A stretch of DNA of 64,000 bases, from assembly GCA_001662655.1 (NCBI GenBank), contig KV460237.1; one strand, 5' to 3'. The notes under the pieces were generated by a model that saw only the letters and a program-made list of their open reading frames with translations, ran no database searches and was not told the DNA's origin. A program made the translations under genes and the position numbers. Source of the DNA: Pseudogymnoascus verrucosus. Its lineage: Eukaryota. Below are positions 11,376 to 22,814 of this stretch, in pieces (position 1 is the first letter of the stretch; each line of letters starts with the position of its first letter).

Positions 11376-14300
11376 TTACGCTGAGTTTTTGAATATTGAG
11401 TTCAAGCTTTTACGGTTAATATAGAAGCTTAAAACTTGACCGTTACGAAACCCAATACCCAATTGATCGCCTATGGCATCATGACATTGTACCTCGAAAT
11501 CTAACGGTAAACGAAATATAGGCATCGCTCCATAGTAAATCCACTGATTATCTACCCAGAGATTTTCTAACGACTCGAAGCCAAAGCTTTGCCTATTTGC
11601 AAGGATGCTTTCGATCTTGATCTGACCGAGATTTGTTATGAGGTGTCGGCCGTTTGCGGAGAATTTTAGAGAGAAGACAGGCTTTGAGGTCTTGATTTCC
11701 CGCCATGCACGGTGCCTGAGATGACTACCTAGAGTGCTACCAAGCAATTTTGAGACCTTTAAAGCTTTGGTAACGTCCCACAGCTTGATGGTGTTGTCAT
11801 CAGACCCTGTGGCGATCTGCTTGCCGTCTGGCGAGAAGGCTACAGCCTCGACCCAGTCCGAGTGGCCTGCGAGCGTCTTCTGGAGGCCGCCTGTGCTAGC
11901 ATCCCATAGCTTGATGGTGTTGTCCGCGGACCCTGAGGCGATGTGCTTACCGTCTGGCGAGAAGGCTATAGCTGCTACTAAACCTAAGTGGCCTACAAGC
12001 GTCCTCTGGAGGCCGCCTGTGCTAGCATCCCATAGCTTAATGGTGTTGTCCCCAGACCCTGTAGCGATCTGCTTACTGTCTGGTGAGAAGGCTATAGCTG
12101 CCACTAAGCCTGAGTGACCTACGAGCGTCTTCTGGAGGCTGCCTGTGCTAGCATCCCATAGCTTAATGGTGTTGTCATTAGACCCTGTAGCGATCTGCTT
12201 GCCATCTAGTGAGAAGGCTATAGCCTCAACCCAGCCTAAGTGGCCTACAAGCGTCTTCTGGAGGCTGCCTGTACTAGCGTCCCATAGCTTAATAGTGCTG
12301 TCTTCAGACCCTGAGGCGATGNNNNNNNNNNNNNNNNNNNNNNNNNNNNNNNNNNNNNNNNNNNNNNNNNNNNNNNNNNNNNNNNNNNNNNNNNNNNNNN
12401 NNNNNNNNNNNNNNNNNNNNNNNNNNNNNNNNNNNNNNNNNNNNNNNNNNNNNNNNNNNNNNNNNNNNNNNNNNNNNNNNNNNNNNNNNNNNNNNNNNNN
12501 NNNNNNNNNNNNNNNNNNNNNNNNNNNNNNNNNNNNNNNNNNNNNNNGCCGCCTATGCTAGCGCTAGCATTCCACAGCTTAATGGTGTTGTCATTAGACC
12601 CTGTAGCGATCTGCTTGCCATCTAGTGAGAAGGCTATAGTTCTAACCCAGCCTAAGTGGCCTACAAGCGTCTTCTGGAGGCTGCCTGTGCTAGCATCCCA
12701 TAGCTTGATAGTGTTGTCCCTAGACCCTGAAGCGATGTGCTTACTGTCTGGCGAGAAGGCTATAGCCTCAACCCAGTCTAAGTGGCCTACGAGCGTCTTC
12801 TGGAGGCTGCCTATGCTAGCATCCCATAGCTTAATAGTATTGTCCCAAGACCCTGAGGCAATGTGCTTGCCGTCTAGCGAGAAGGCTATAGCCTTAACTA
12901 AGTCTAAGTGGCCTACAAGTGTCTTCTGGAGGCTGCCTGTACTAGCATCCCATAGCTTAATAGTGTTGTCCCCAGACCCTGAGGCGATGTGCTTACCGTC
13001 TAGTGAGAAGGCTATAGCCCCTACTAAACCTAAGTGGCTCGCGAGCGTCTTCTGGAGGCTGCCTGTGCTAGCATCCCATAGTTTGATGGTGTTGTCCCTA
13101 GACCCTGAGGCGATGTGCTTGCCGTCTGGCGAGAAGGCTACAGCCTCGACCCAGCCCAAGTGGCCTGCGAGTGTCTGGATTAGAGAAGCCCACGAGTCTT
13201 CCACTTGGGGGAGCGTTCCTAACCACATAGGAAGCTTGTCTAGGTTGTTTGTCCTTACTACACTTGTTCGAGGGCTGAAGACTATCGCAGAGCTATAAAT
13301 TTGTAATGGCCAAGTTGCTATTGTCAGGTAGTGTCGCAACAAGAAACGTGTAGCATCTTGCACAAGATTCGATAGCGAAGGGTTTTTTTTTATCTAGACG
13401 AGACTTCAGTCAGATAATGACATTGGAAATTGATGTCTATTACGCACCACGTCTGTAAATGTACTTAATGTCTCAATAGCGCTTGGGAGCCTATCCAATA
13501 AACTCAGGCATTCTAGCCACTCTAATAACCTTGTGCGGAGGAATGTACTAGCCTCCCCTTGCTCAGCGAGAGCATTTTGTACCAGCGTGGTTCGCTTGAC
13601 GCACTCCATGTGCTGAACCCAGAAGGTAGCTGTATAGTCCACGCTAATCAAGAGTGCATTCGTTTTCATCGATTCCCTAGTTGAATCAGGTCGCGACAGA
13701 TCAGCAAGATTTATCTTGAGTCGTTTGGTTAAATGGGAGAGACAATTAAGCGCAATCTCACCATGCCCATAATGTTCATAGGAGTTGAATATAGATTGTC
13801 CATCCCTTCCAGCCAGGAAATCTCGAGCCGATTGATGAACAAATTCGATGTCTGTTCCTCGTCTCTTGACAAATGAAGCACATCGATCAACCCACACTTC
13901 AATAGCAACCAATTGTTTAGACAGACCTGTCACGCTACCCACCTCTTCCACATTCAGAGGTCGATAGGCCAGCATCATTGCCTTGAGGAGTCGCATACAT
14001 CCCTTGACAACGGCTGACTCGCCTTCATTAAGCTGATTGAATACCCGACGATAAAAATCAGGCAGATCTGGCGGCAAATCTTGAATTGTGGTCAAAACCT
14101 TGTCCCGGTGTACGCTCTCGAGTCTCCTGCATACTAAGCTTACCCACAACATTGTGTCCTCAGCCTTTGCAGCAAGCTCAGTCTCTACCTTCTGCCGCAA
14201 TGTTGGTCCATAATGGTGGCGACGGTCGAGTTCAATTGCTTTTGAAGCGATGAAAGTCTTTACAACTTCAGAAAGTTGTTTTTGGTTGAGCTCTAAGCTG

Positions 14301-15674
14301 ATCCCTACCTGATCAGATCCAGCTAACAACTCTCGCTCAGCGCTATCCAATGGTCGACTAGTCAGCAGCCATTTGATTTTGGAGGGTTGATCGAGCCCTG
14401 TTCGGACAATAAGCTTTAGAAAATCTGCCATGCCATCATCTTGGCACTCATCAAGAGCATCCACGATCACGTACACTCTCGGGCACTTGCATCGGCTTAG
14501 CATCTCTAAAAAGATGTTCCAGAGCGTTCGCCACGACGTAACATCCTCATCAAAACGTTCGTTTGTAGTATCCCAACGGCGTCGCAAAGACTCTTTGAGA
14601 TCCTTTTGCTGAGTAACTAATTGCAGAATCAGGCCCTTAATGATTGCTTCAAGGGTTTTAAGCTCATAATCGGCCTCTTGACAGAAGAAATAGGTCACCA
14701 CGGTAGATTCATCTTGTGGACGTGAAAGTCGCTCAATAAGGCCAATCGAGATCATAGTCTTTCCTTTGCCCGCGCCGCCCTTGATCCAGAGTAAACATAC
14801 ATCCTCTCCATCCTTCCAACTAATATATCTAGGGTCTTGAAGAATCCAGTCGATGGATTTAGGGAGCAACTTGTCCTTATTCTCTTTCAGCCGATTTTTG
14901 ACAGCTAGCGTATCAGGGCATCGCAGAGACCGGAGACAAGATCGATCTATATCATCGGGAGTTGTAATTTTATGATTATTAACTACAACATTTGTTAACT
15001 ACAAAACCCTTGTACAAGGACTATGACATTGGCATACCAATATGATTGGTTCCATTGTACTGATTGCCTGGGCCGTTGAGCTGATTGCCAGGACCATTAA
15101 TGTACTGATTCCCCCCCCCCAAGTGAACGTTTTGGGCGCCACTTCCATAGTGTGCGTATGCAGGCGTCTGCTCAAAGCCGTCAGGTAAAGAAGGCTCCAT
15201 CTTAGTCACCTCCTCGATGGCCGTTGCCAGCTGGTCTTTGCCTCTTGATGTCGTTACTTCTGGAAACCTCGTTGCTAAGAGTTGCAAGTCGTCTAAAATC
15301 CTCCCAACCAGACTCTCCACACGACCGCCTTCGCCAATCGTCCGAGCAGCTTTCATATATCGGTCCCACCTTGAGTCACCCTCTCCTGGCATGACCTTTT
15401 CAAACAACTCTTGAAGTTGTATAGCTTGAACTTTACAATCCTCTAAAGTAGGTGTAAACGCAGCCTTTATCGACTCGTCCGTCTCGTTATTAACGTATTC
15501 TTCCGCATGTTCGAGGAGTTTTAAGATAAGAGGGAGTTTCGTTGCCGACTTTTTGAAATTTGTTGGGAGGCCAACTTCGTCTTCGACAGCCTCGTAAACT
15601 TTTTTGGTGGCATCAATGATTGAAATGATTGCTGAGATGGTGCCAAGGACAAGACCTGCTTCAGCGCCGGACAT
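11376..15674 (-). CDS. Fungal NLR: SesA (HeLo-like) domain, sigma-type amyloid motif, NACHT, high-identity WD40 repeats (HET-E-like); introns 14983-15037 and 13394-13447
   Basis: MSGAEAGLVLG...GLP...LPL...MEPSLPD N-terminal domain; P-loop GGAGKGKT; Walker B VIVDALDEC; FVHQSARDFL; PLQIYSSA; GH..WV..[VI]AFS.DG..IASGS.DNTIKLWD repeats. Both introns restore the frame. Confidence 0.92.
11775..13165 (-). repeat. Array of at least 10 near-identical 126-bp WD40 units; true number unknown because of the gap
   Basis: 126-nt periodicity on both sides of the N run. Confidence 0.95.
12322..12547. other. Assembly gap inside the WD40 array
   Basis: Run of N. Confidence 1.
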
Positions 15675-15925
15675 GATTTATCGAAGCTGGAATAAGTCAG
15701 AAGTGTATGCAGCAAATTGAAAGTCTTCCTCACAGGGTTGTCAACAAATGGTAAGCAGATAATGAGTGCGGAGTAGTATTGAATGAGGGGATGTTGACAC
15801 AGTAATGAGACTGGAATGATGAATGAGATTGAGGTTCAGCCTCATAAAACGGCTGGGGTGTCGCGCTAAAATGCTACCCCGCTCCAAGGGTTAGCGCGAC
15901 GGCCCGTGGCTTAACCAGAGTTCTA

Positions 15926-16104
15926 CAGTAGAACCCCTGTTATAACGATGGCAGTTTAGCCGATAATCATGTATATAACGATATTTTTTAAGGTGACGAA
16001 TTAGGCGTTTTTGTATGGTGTTACGCTACCGTTATACCGATATTTCAATTATAACGATACTTAGGTCTGGTTAAATTTACATCGCTATAACAGGGGCTCT
16101 ACTG
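15926..16104. mobile_element. 179-bp MITE of the Tc1/mariner-pogo superfamily
   Basis: 25-bp TIRs CAGTAGAACCCCTGTTATAACGATG / CATCGCTATAACAGGGGCTCTACTG (2 mismatches), TA on both sides, internal TATAACGAT-like repeats. Confidence 0.92.
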
Positions 16105-16581
16105 TACCATTAATCATCCGTGGGGCTGTCGATTTGTGGCACCTGCCAGTGCCATACGTTTACGGGTTTTTCCGGCTCCGGAATGCTCCCTTGGCTTGCT
16201 TGGCCAGTGCTGTGGCTTGAAATTAACCAAGCCACAATCAGAGGATGTATGTTTATTCCATGTGGGCAACTGATATGGTGACCATAGTCGGCACAGAAAA
16301 CTTCGGGCCTGGCTTCTTCCAACATTTATTATGAATAGTGTGCCTAGTACAGTATACCAAATTTTATTACGAAATTTTAGCTGGAAGAAAACATCATTCC
16401 ACTCCGTAACTACCGAGTCTGCCTCCCTACCTAGAAAACAATCCTGCTCTTGACACTAGACGAATAAGTTGGTCGAATGGCATAATGTGCCGTGTGGCAA
16501 TAACCACAACCCTTAAATATTGGCAGGTGGATTTGTCCCCTTTTACCTCGTTCACTCCTTCCCATGCAAGACATACGTTGC

Positions 16582-17702
16582 TGTAAGGCGGCCCATCACG
16601 TGAGGCCGCCCTGAACTTAGGGGTGTTGGAATATGCTTAGTCACCACGCAGCTGAGCCACGTCAACTCACATCGTCGATCACGGACATATAGATTTATAT
16701 ATTCCTATGATCTATCCTACTATTCTAGTTATCTATCTAATCATTATAATTGATGCTGTTGATACCACTGTGCCCGTCACCTGTGATTTGCCTCGTCCAA
16801 TGCTGTTCCGCTGCTCAACACACCAGAAATCCAACAAGGGGCTGCCCCCTAGTAGGGCCACTAGGGCTCGGTAAACCAGGGTATGTAGGAACGTAGGAAC
16901 GTAGGACATAAGGAGCTGGAAGCCTCAGAAGGAGGCCTCCAGCCGATAGTCGCTGTACATACGTAGACCTACTGTCTTGCAATACGATCTCACTTCCCGC
17001 CTTCTGACCTGGTTCCCTGGACTCCCGTGAGACCCTAGCTACTACGCTTTACAATTCTATCGGCTCAACCCATATCTAGCCTACCAGTTCAGAATGGCTA
17101 GCCAGGAAAGAAGAATCACCTAGGCGACCTCGGGAGGAGCGACGCCGACTGTAGAAGCTGTCGAGCCAGACTTGAGGCCTACTGCCACAGAAGTCGACAA
17201 CTCTGCGACGGGCAAGCCCTAGGATATGGCCTTAAAGCTAGCCGACCTTTGGAAGAGGATGGACGAAGAGAGGGCCTATATTAATACCATGGAAGAAGCC
17301 GTACAGCTATTCTGACGGTCGCACGGTGAGGACTATAGCTCCTACCCTAAGGAAGTTAGGGCTTTTACAGAGAAGCAAGCCTAGATCTAAGAAGAAAGTC
17401 GTTAGAAAAGGCAACGCTAAGAGATTGAAGAATGGGCAGGACCCTAAATAGAGGATGACCACGAGACTGCCTCTACTGTATCTAGGGAGGTAACGCTAGC
17501 CTATAGGCTAATGGGTAAGGTTAAGTAACCTAAGGTGTACAGGGGCGATTCTACCTAGGAACTTAACGAGTTCATGGCCTCCCTCTACGCCATTTTCTGC
17601 TACTAACTAGGGGCCTTTCTGACTAAACAAGCTAAGGTGGCCTTCGTAGCCTAGTACCTAGAAGGCGATTCTATGAAGGAATGGGACAATCGATGCGCGG
17701 CC
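16582..17702 (+). mobile_element. Truncated LTR retrotransposon relic: LTR ~16582-17053 plus RIP-mutated gag
   Basis: TGTAAGGC...GCTTTACA inverted ends; frame from ATG ~17093 with many TAG/TAA stops and Gag-like KVYRGDST*ELNEFM...AKVAFVA*YLEGDSMKEW. Confidence 0.75.
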
Positions 17703-18021
17703 TAGGGCGAAGGCGTAAGAGGCGTATAATGCAAGGAGGTAGTCTCTCTATACGAGAGGGAGAGGATATCCTTTAGAGTGCTGAGGTTGAAGCTCAAGTC
17801 CGTATAGAGGTAGCAAGTGAGACTACTCGGCAGGTGGGTTCTAAGGGCCAACAACGGCGCTGTGGCCGATGTGAGAAGATCGTACATAATACCCGTACGT
17901 GCGAGAGGCGCCAGGAATCAATTGCAATTGAATGGGGGTCATTATGTAGGGTGGTGGTAGTGTAGTAGTAGGAATAGTCAATTTTTGGTGTTGTGGTGCG
18001 CAGCTCGCATGTGAAATACGT
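17703..18021 (+). mobile_element. 3' end of a Fot1/pogo DNA transposon
   Basis: Encodes RRIMQGGSLSIREGEDIL*...QRRCGRCEKIVHNTRTC (transposase C-terminal zinc knuckle); terminus ...GAAATACGT followed by TA. Confidence 0.8.
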
Positions 18022-18465
18022 TACATACGAATATTATTATTATATTAGAGATTTTAACATGTCAGTTACTCATACCGCCCACAACCTCGACAGTAACCAT
18101 GCAAGGATATAGATTACAGTAACTACAATTTAAATATAAGCTCCTAATCACTCATAGCCACAATTCAAACCGTGACCCTTAACAGACTAGAGAAGGATTT
18201 TGGTCCCGAGCACGGCTTTGAATGTTCGTAGTAACTGTAAACAAAACAAGGATATTTAATCACTCACAAATATCATCATTACATTAGAGATTAATATAAG
18301 ACAAGCTACGCTGAAAAACATGACACCAACAGCGCTTGATCACCACATCTAAATACCATCAGCAATCTGCGCGTCGAATCCAAGTTCGACGGTATACCCC
18401 CATCCCCAAAGCTCCCCACGCTTTCCATCCCCCAACCCAACCCAATGCCCGTTATATCCGTCTCC

Positions 18466-19275
18466 CTACAGCGCCATCACCAACGCCGCAACCCCCACCA
18501 CAGCCGCCCCAACAGCAACCTCCATCCTTCCCGGTGCAGCGCCCGGCAGGTTAACGTCAGAGGTCTGAGTCGGTGTTGAATCCTGAGTAGTCGATGCGGC
18601 ACCGCTAGTCGTCGTCTCGCTGCTCACATCGCCCGTCGACTTCGGCAAATCGGTGCCGGTACCTGTTGTCGATGACTGGTAGGTACTATCAGAGCTCGTC
18701 CCATTCCCCCTCCCCAAACCGACGCGGTGGTCCCCAGCAGAACCAGAAGGGCATTCCCCATCCAAACTCCGGCAGACACATGCATTCCCCACCGCCATGA
18801 GCCTAACACCACAATAATCCGTTCCACAAGCATCACAAGACTCAAGACACGTCGCACCCCACCCACAATACGGACTAACGCTATAAGCGCCTTTAGGGTC
18901 GTCGTCACCGCTACCCGACCCGCCGCTGCCACTCTCAGAACCGTCCCCAGGCCACGCGCAGGACCCCGCCTCGTTGGCACAGATGCACGACCCGTCTGTG
19001 TCCTGGACGCCGCAGGAGGTGGTTCCGCACCCCTCGCAGATTTCTTTGCATGTTGAGCCGTGGCCGCAGGTTTGTCGCGCGCCTAGGGAGAAGACTTGTC
19101 GTCCTTTGATGTGAGAGGAGGCGTGGGTGATTGCCCTGGCGGATGGGGTGCGGGCGGTGTTCTGTTGGGGCGGGGAGAACATGATTCCGTAGACTGTATT
19201 GTCTGCGGCGGCGACATCTGCGGCGGCAATGCTGGCGAGGGCCGTGATCAGGAGGGGGATGGTTGGGAACTTCAT
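18466..19275 (-). CDS. Secreted, probably GPI-anchored Cys-rich protein with two 8-Cys modules
   Basis: Signal peptide, duplicated CG.G.TC...C..CG...CG...C.C......C module, Ser/Thr stalk, hydrophobic C-terminus. Confidence 0.85.
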   Translation of the reverse strand: MKFPTIPLLITALASIAAADVAAADNTVYGIMFSPPQQNTARTPSARAITHASSHIKGRQVFSLGARQTCGHGSTCKEICEGCGTTSCGVQDTDGSCICANEAGSCAWPGDGSESGSGGSGSGDDDPKGAYSVSPYCGWGATCLESCDACGTDYCGVRLMAVGNACVCRSLDGECPSGSAGDHRVGLGRGNGTSSDSTYQSSTTGTGTDLPKSTGDVSSETTTSGAASTTQDSTPTQTSDVNLPGAAPGRMEVAVGAAVVGVAALVMAL

Positions 19276-20364
19276 CGTGAGGAATTGGGGGTAAAGGGAC
19301 GATTGGATGTGTGAGCTTCACACGGGGAACGCGAGCTGCGGTGCATTGTACTTATACCATGGCACGATGGCCAGGGTCAATCACCCCAGGAACAGACATA
19401 ACAATAGGAAACAAGACTAACTTAAAATTGAGGCTCTACTGCGCCTGCCATGACAGAAAGTTAGAGCTCACGGTCGAATCACACCCGATGTGGTTGGGTC
19501 TAGCAAGGGCTTATATAGGCAGATAGCAGACAGGCAGCCGTTGTTGCCAATAGTCTTGTTAAGGCCGTGAGCTAAAATCTTGGCAGGGCGAAAATGACCC
19601 TGATATCAAGGGTTGGCGTGAAATGAGTCTGTTGGTTTATAAATGAGTGTTGGTTTATACCGCAAACCGTGCACGCACAGCCCCGTGCGCAGACTTTTGT
19701 CGCTGTATTGTGTATTTCAAAGTTGTGGTCGGTTAATATACTGTCAGATAATTTCTTCTTGGTGTCAGGGCCAATGGCGGTCGGGCCGGTGCGTGACGGA
19801 AAGGAAGAGATTAGCTTTGAGGCAATTTTGACAGCACCACCCCTGCCTCTAATCATGCGCTGCCAAAGCACCATGGTTCAAATATAAGTTCCCAACTACA
19901 CATGCCCATAATTAAAATCATGGATAATTCACATTATGGCCTTTGAACGAGCTAAATTGCTGTTCTGACGCCTCAGCCACGCCAAGTCCCTCTTCCCATG
20001 TCTAAGCAACACGAAATCCCAGAAATTGAACTGGAGCGAGAAATTCAATCATCTTTAATCCCATATATTAACATCTAGCTATGCAAGACTTGTCCTTAGA
20101 CCTTCGAGCGTGCCATTGGCTAGCCAGGATACAAAACCCTCCACTTCTGATGAGTACAAAAGCTATACACCCGTGCCCTATCAAGATATGATGCCCCAGA
20201 CTTCAACTCTACCCCATATTAAATAAAATCGACCCTCAACTCGAGGGTCGATGGAAAATGGTAACCCAGCCTTTAAAAACGCCCAGTGTCGCCATCTCCG
20301 GTCAACATCTGTTCCCCCCGACCCCCCAAAACGCTCTACATCCCCCCTTCCCTCTCCTCAACCT

Positions 20365-21057
20365 TCAAACATTAACCCACCCCAGCCCCCCAACCCACCT
20401 CCTCTGCCCCGCACAACCAAGACACCTCCTCTGCACCCCCAAATTCGACACCGCACACCCATGACACACCTGCCTCCTACACTGCGAGCACGCAAACCCG
20501 TCCGCCCCGACGCCACCGTACATATCAACATCGATATCCATCTCCATCGAATCGCCATCCCCATTAACAAGCACCACATCGCAGTCCTCGCAGTTCGTCT
20601 CCTGGAAACACGGCGCTGCTGCTGAGGGGGTGGTGGAATGGACGCTGGAGTCGCGGCGCGCGGGGAGGGCCCAGAAGGAGTGCAGTGAGGATTGCTGCTG
20701 GGGCGGGGGAGACATGGCCATCGTAGGTTCTTGCTGGGGGAATGTGGGTTCGGCTTGTTGCTGTTGGTGGTGTTGTTTTTGAGCCGAGAAGAGGAGGTTG
20801 AGTGTGTTTTCTGGGGGGAGTTAGTTTTGCTTTGAAGGGAACGCGTGAACCAAGGGGTACTTACCATGGATCTGGTGCTCTGAGGGACGGTTGTCGCGAA
20901 CGCGCTTTCGGGTTCGGCTGGAGAGGTGGAGGGGGGTGATTTCGTGGTTGAATTGGGATGGGTAGGGTGAGGAGGCCATGTGTTGTGTTGGGCTGGGAGA
21001 CATGGAGAAGCTCTGGCTGGAGATCTCGGAGTCGGAGCGCTTGCGTTTGAGGAGCAT
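20365..21057 (-). CDS. Hypothetical nuclear protein with C-terminal Cys-rich zinc-finger-like region; intron 20811-20864
   Basis: MLLKRKRS (NLS-like), SRTRKRVRDNRP, splice restores ENTLNLLFSAQK, then CEDC...CSQC..QVCHGC...CLGC. Confidence 0.8.
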
Positions 21058-21480
21058 TTTGATTGAGTTTGGGGATTGAGGGATTGTTGATTGAGTTGGG
21101 ATTGAGTAATTAGAAGGATATGAAGTGATGAATTGAGTTATCAGGATACTGAATGTAAGTATTTGTTTGTTATTATGGGATGGTGGAATTGATGTGTGAG
21201 GAGGTGCGAAAGAGGTGGCTGGAAGGAAACGTGGATCAGAACCGCGTAAAGTGCCATTTGCGAAGACGCGACTTGGGACTAACACCAGAACTGGAAGAGC
21301 TTGGGCGCGCGCGGGGTTATCGGTTATCGCTGATAACAGGGTGACCATCTATCCGCCTTGTCAGCCTCGTGGTGCAACACCCCACGATCGTACGAATACG
21401 TAACTCCCTCATAGAGATATTGTTGAAGATCACTACGGATAATCATACTACATTCGGAGTATAGAAGGCTACTGCGAAAA

Positions 21481-22515
21481 ATGTCAACCAGAGCTGCAAG
21501 CCATGCAGGCTCGTGGTATTCCTCAGCTCCGGCGACGCTGTCGAGCGAGCTCGATGGCTGGCTGGCCCAGGTGCCCGACAGCATCGATGGCAACAAACTA
21601 CCTGTTCCAGGCGCGAGAGTGATTATTGCGCCGTGAGTATTAGAATATTCCCATACAGTATGAGCATTCTAATCCAGGTCCAGTCATGCCGGCTACTCAT
21701 ATTCCGGCCCTGCTGCTGCTTGGGCGTACAAGTCCCTGGACCTCTCAAAGGCCAAACGCATCTTCCTCCTGGGCCCGTCTCACACCATGTATCTGTCCGG
21801 CTGCGCGATTTCCTCACAGGAATATTATGCTACGCCATTGGGCAACCTCAAGCTAGACCAGGCAACCATCAAAGAACTTCAAGCAACCTCGAAGTTCGAT
21901 GCGTGGAAAGCGAAAACCGAGGAAGCTGAGCACAGTCTTGAGATGCATCTCCCCTACATCTACAAGGTCCTTTCAAACACCTTCAGCTCCCCCGACGACT
22001 TCCCTCTGCTCGTCCCAGTCCTCGTTGGCGCTACATCTGGATTGACCGAGCGAAGTTATGGCGAGATATTTGCGCCTTACCTCGCTGATCCAACATCGGT
22101 CTTTGTGGTGAGCTCAGACTTCTGCCACTGGGGCGAAAGGTTCCAGTATACATACTACCTCCCCGCATCACCTTCTGCGAACTCCGAAGGCTACAACCTC
22201 AGTCGGCGCGATAAAACGCCTACAAACCCTTGGATCCATGAGAGTATAGGCAGGATAGACAAACTGGCCATGGATGCCATTGAAGAAGGGAAACACCAGG
22301 GGTTCCTGGACAACTTGAAGGATACAGGTAACACTGTATGCGGCCGTCATCCTATTGGAGTTGTCATGGCGGCATTAGAAGTTCTCGAACAAGAGGGGAA
22401 GATCTCTGCTGAGAATGGTGGGCGATTTAAGTTCGTTCGGTATGAGCGCAGCAGCGACGTGAAGGATATCAAGGACTCTTCGGTCAGCTATGCATCTGCC
22501 GTGGCCATTCTTTGA
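21481..22515 (+). CDS. MEMO1: MEMO1/AmmeMemoRadiSam protein B family; intron 21633-21683
   Basis: TRAASHAGSWY, APHAGYSYSG, LGPSHT, EHSLEMHLP, SSDFCHWG, NTVCGRHPI, DSSVSYAS. Confidence 0.95.
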
Positions 22516-22814
22516 CGGCCTACAGATACTCATCCCCAGAGATAGAAGGAATTATTAATTTGCTCATTGAAGTACGCTGAGGCCGAGTCTTTTAATTATG
22601 TAGAAGTTGAAAAGTCTAAGCCCCCATGGTGGAACTCTGCACAGTGGGGGGACAATCCTCAGTGAATCCCCGCTAGAAGCCTTCGACCCACCACCATACA
22701 AAGTTCGCCCCGCACAGACCAAGCGCACGGACCATTTTGTTTATCGCCTGAATTTATCTTCATTGCCTCTTGTCGAACTTTTTTGCTGTCGAGGTACCAA
22801 GTAATATCGGCGCC

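Noticed and set aside
12104..12321. Apparent break or frameshift in the NLR ORF track
   Set aside because: The frame downstream of the gap is open when read by hand; the break comes from the arbitrary N length.
11734..13298. Repetitive plus-strand ORFs (MLASHSLMVLS...)
   Set aside because: Antisense shadows of the WD40 array.
11343..18021. NLR enclosed in a composite Fot1 transposon
   Set aside because: Both ACGT-TA termini face the same way and their sequences differ.
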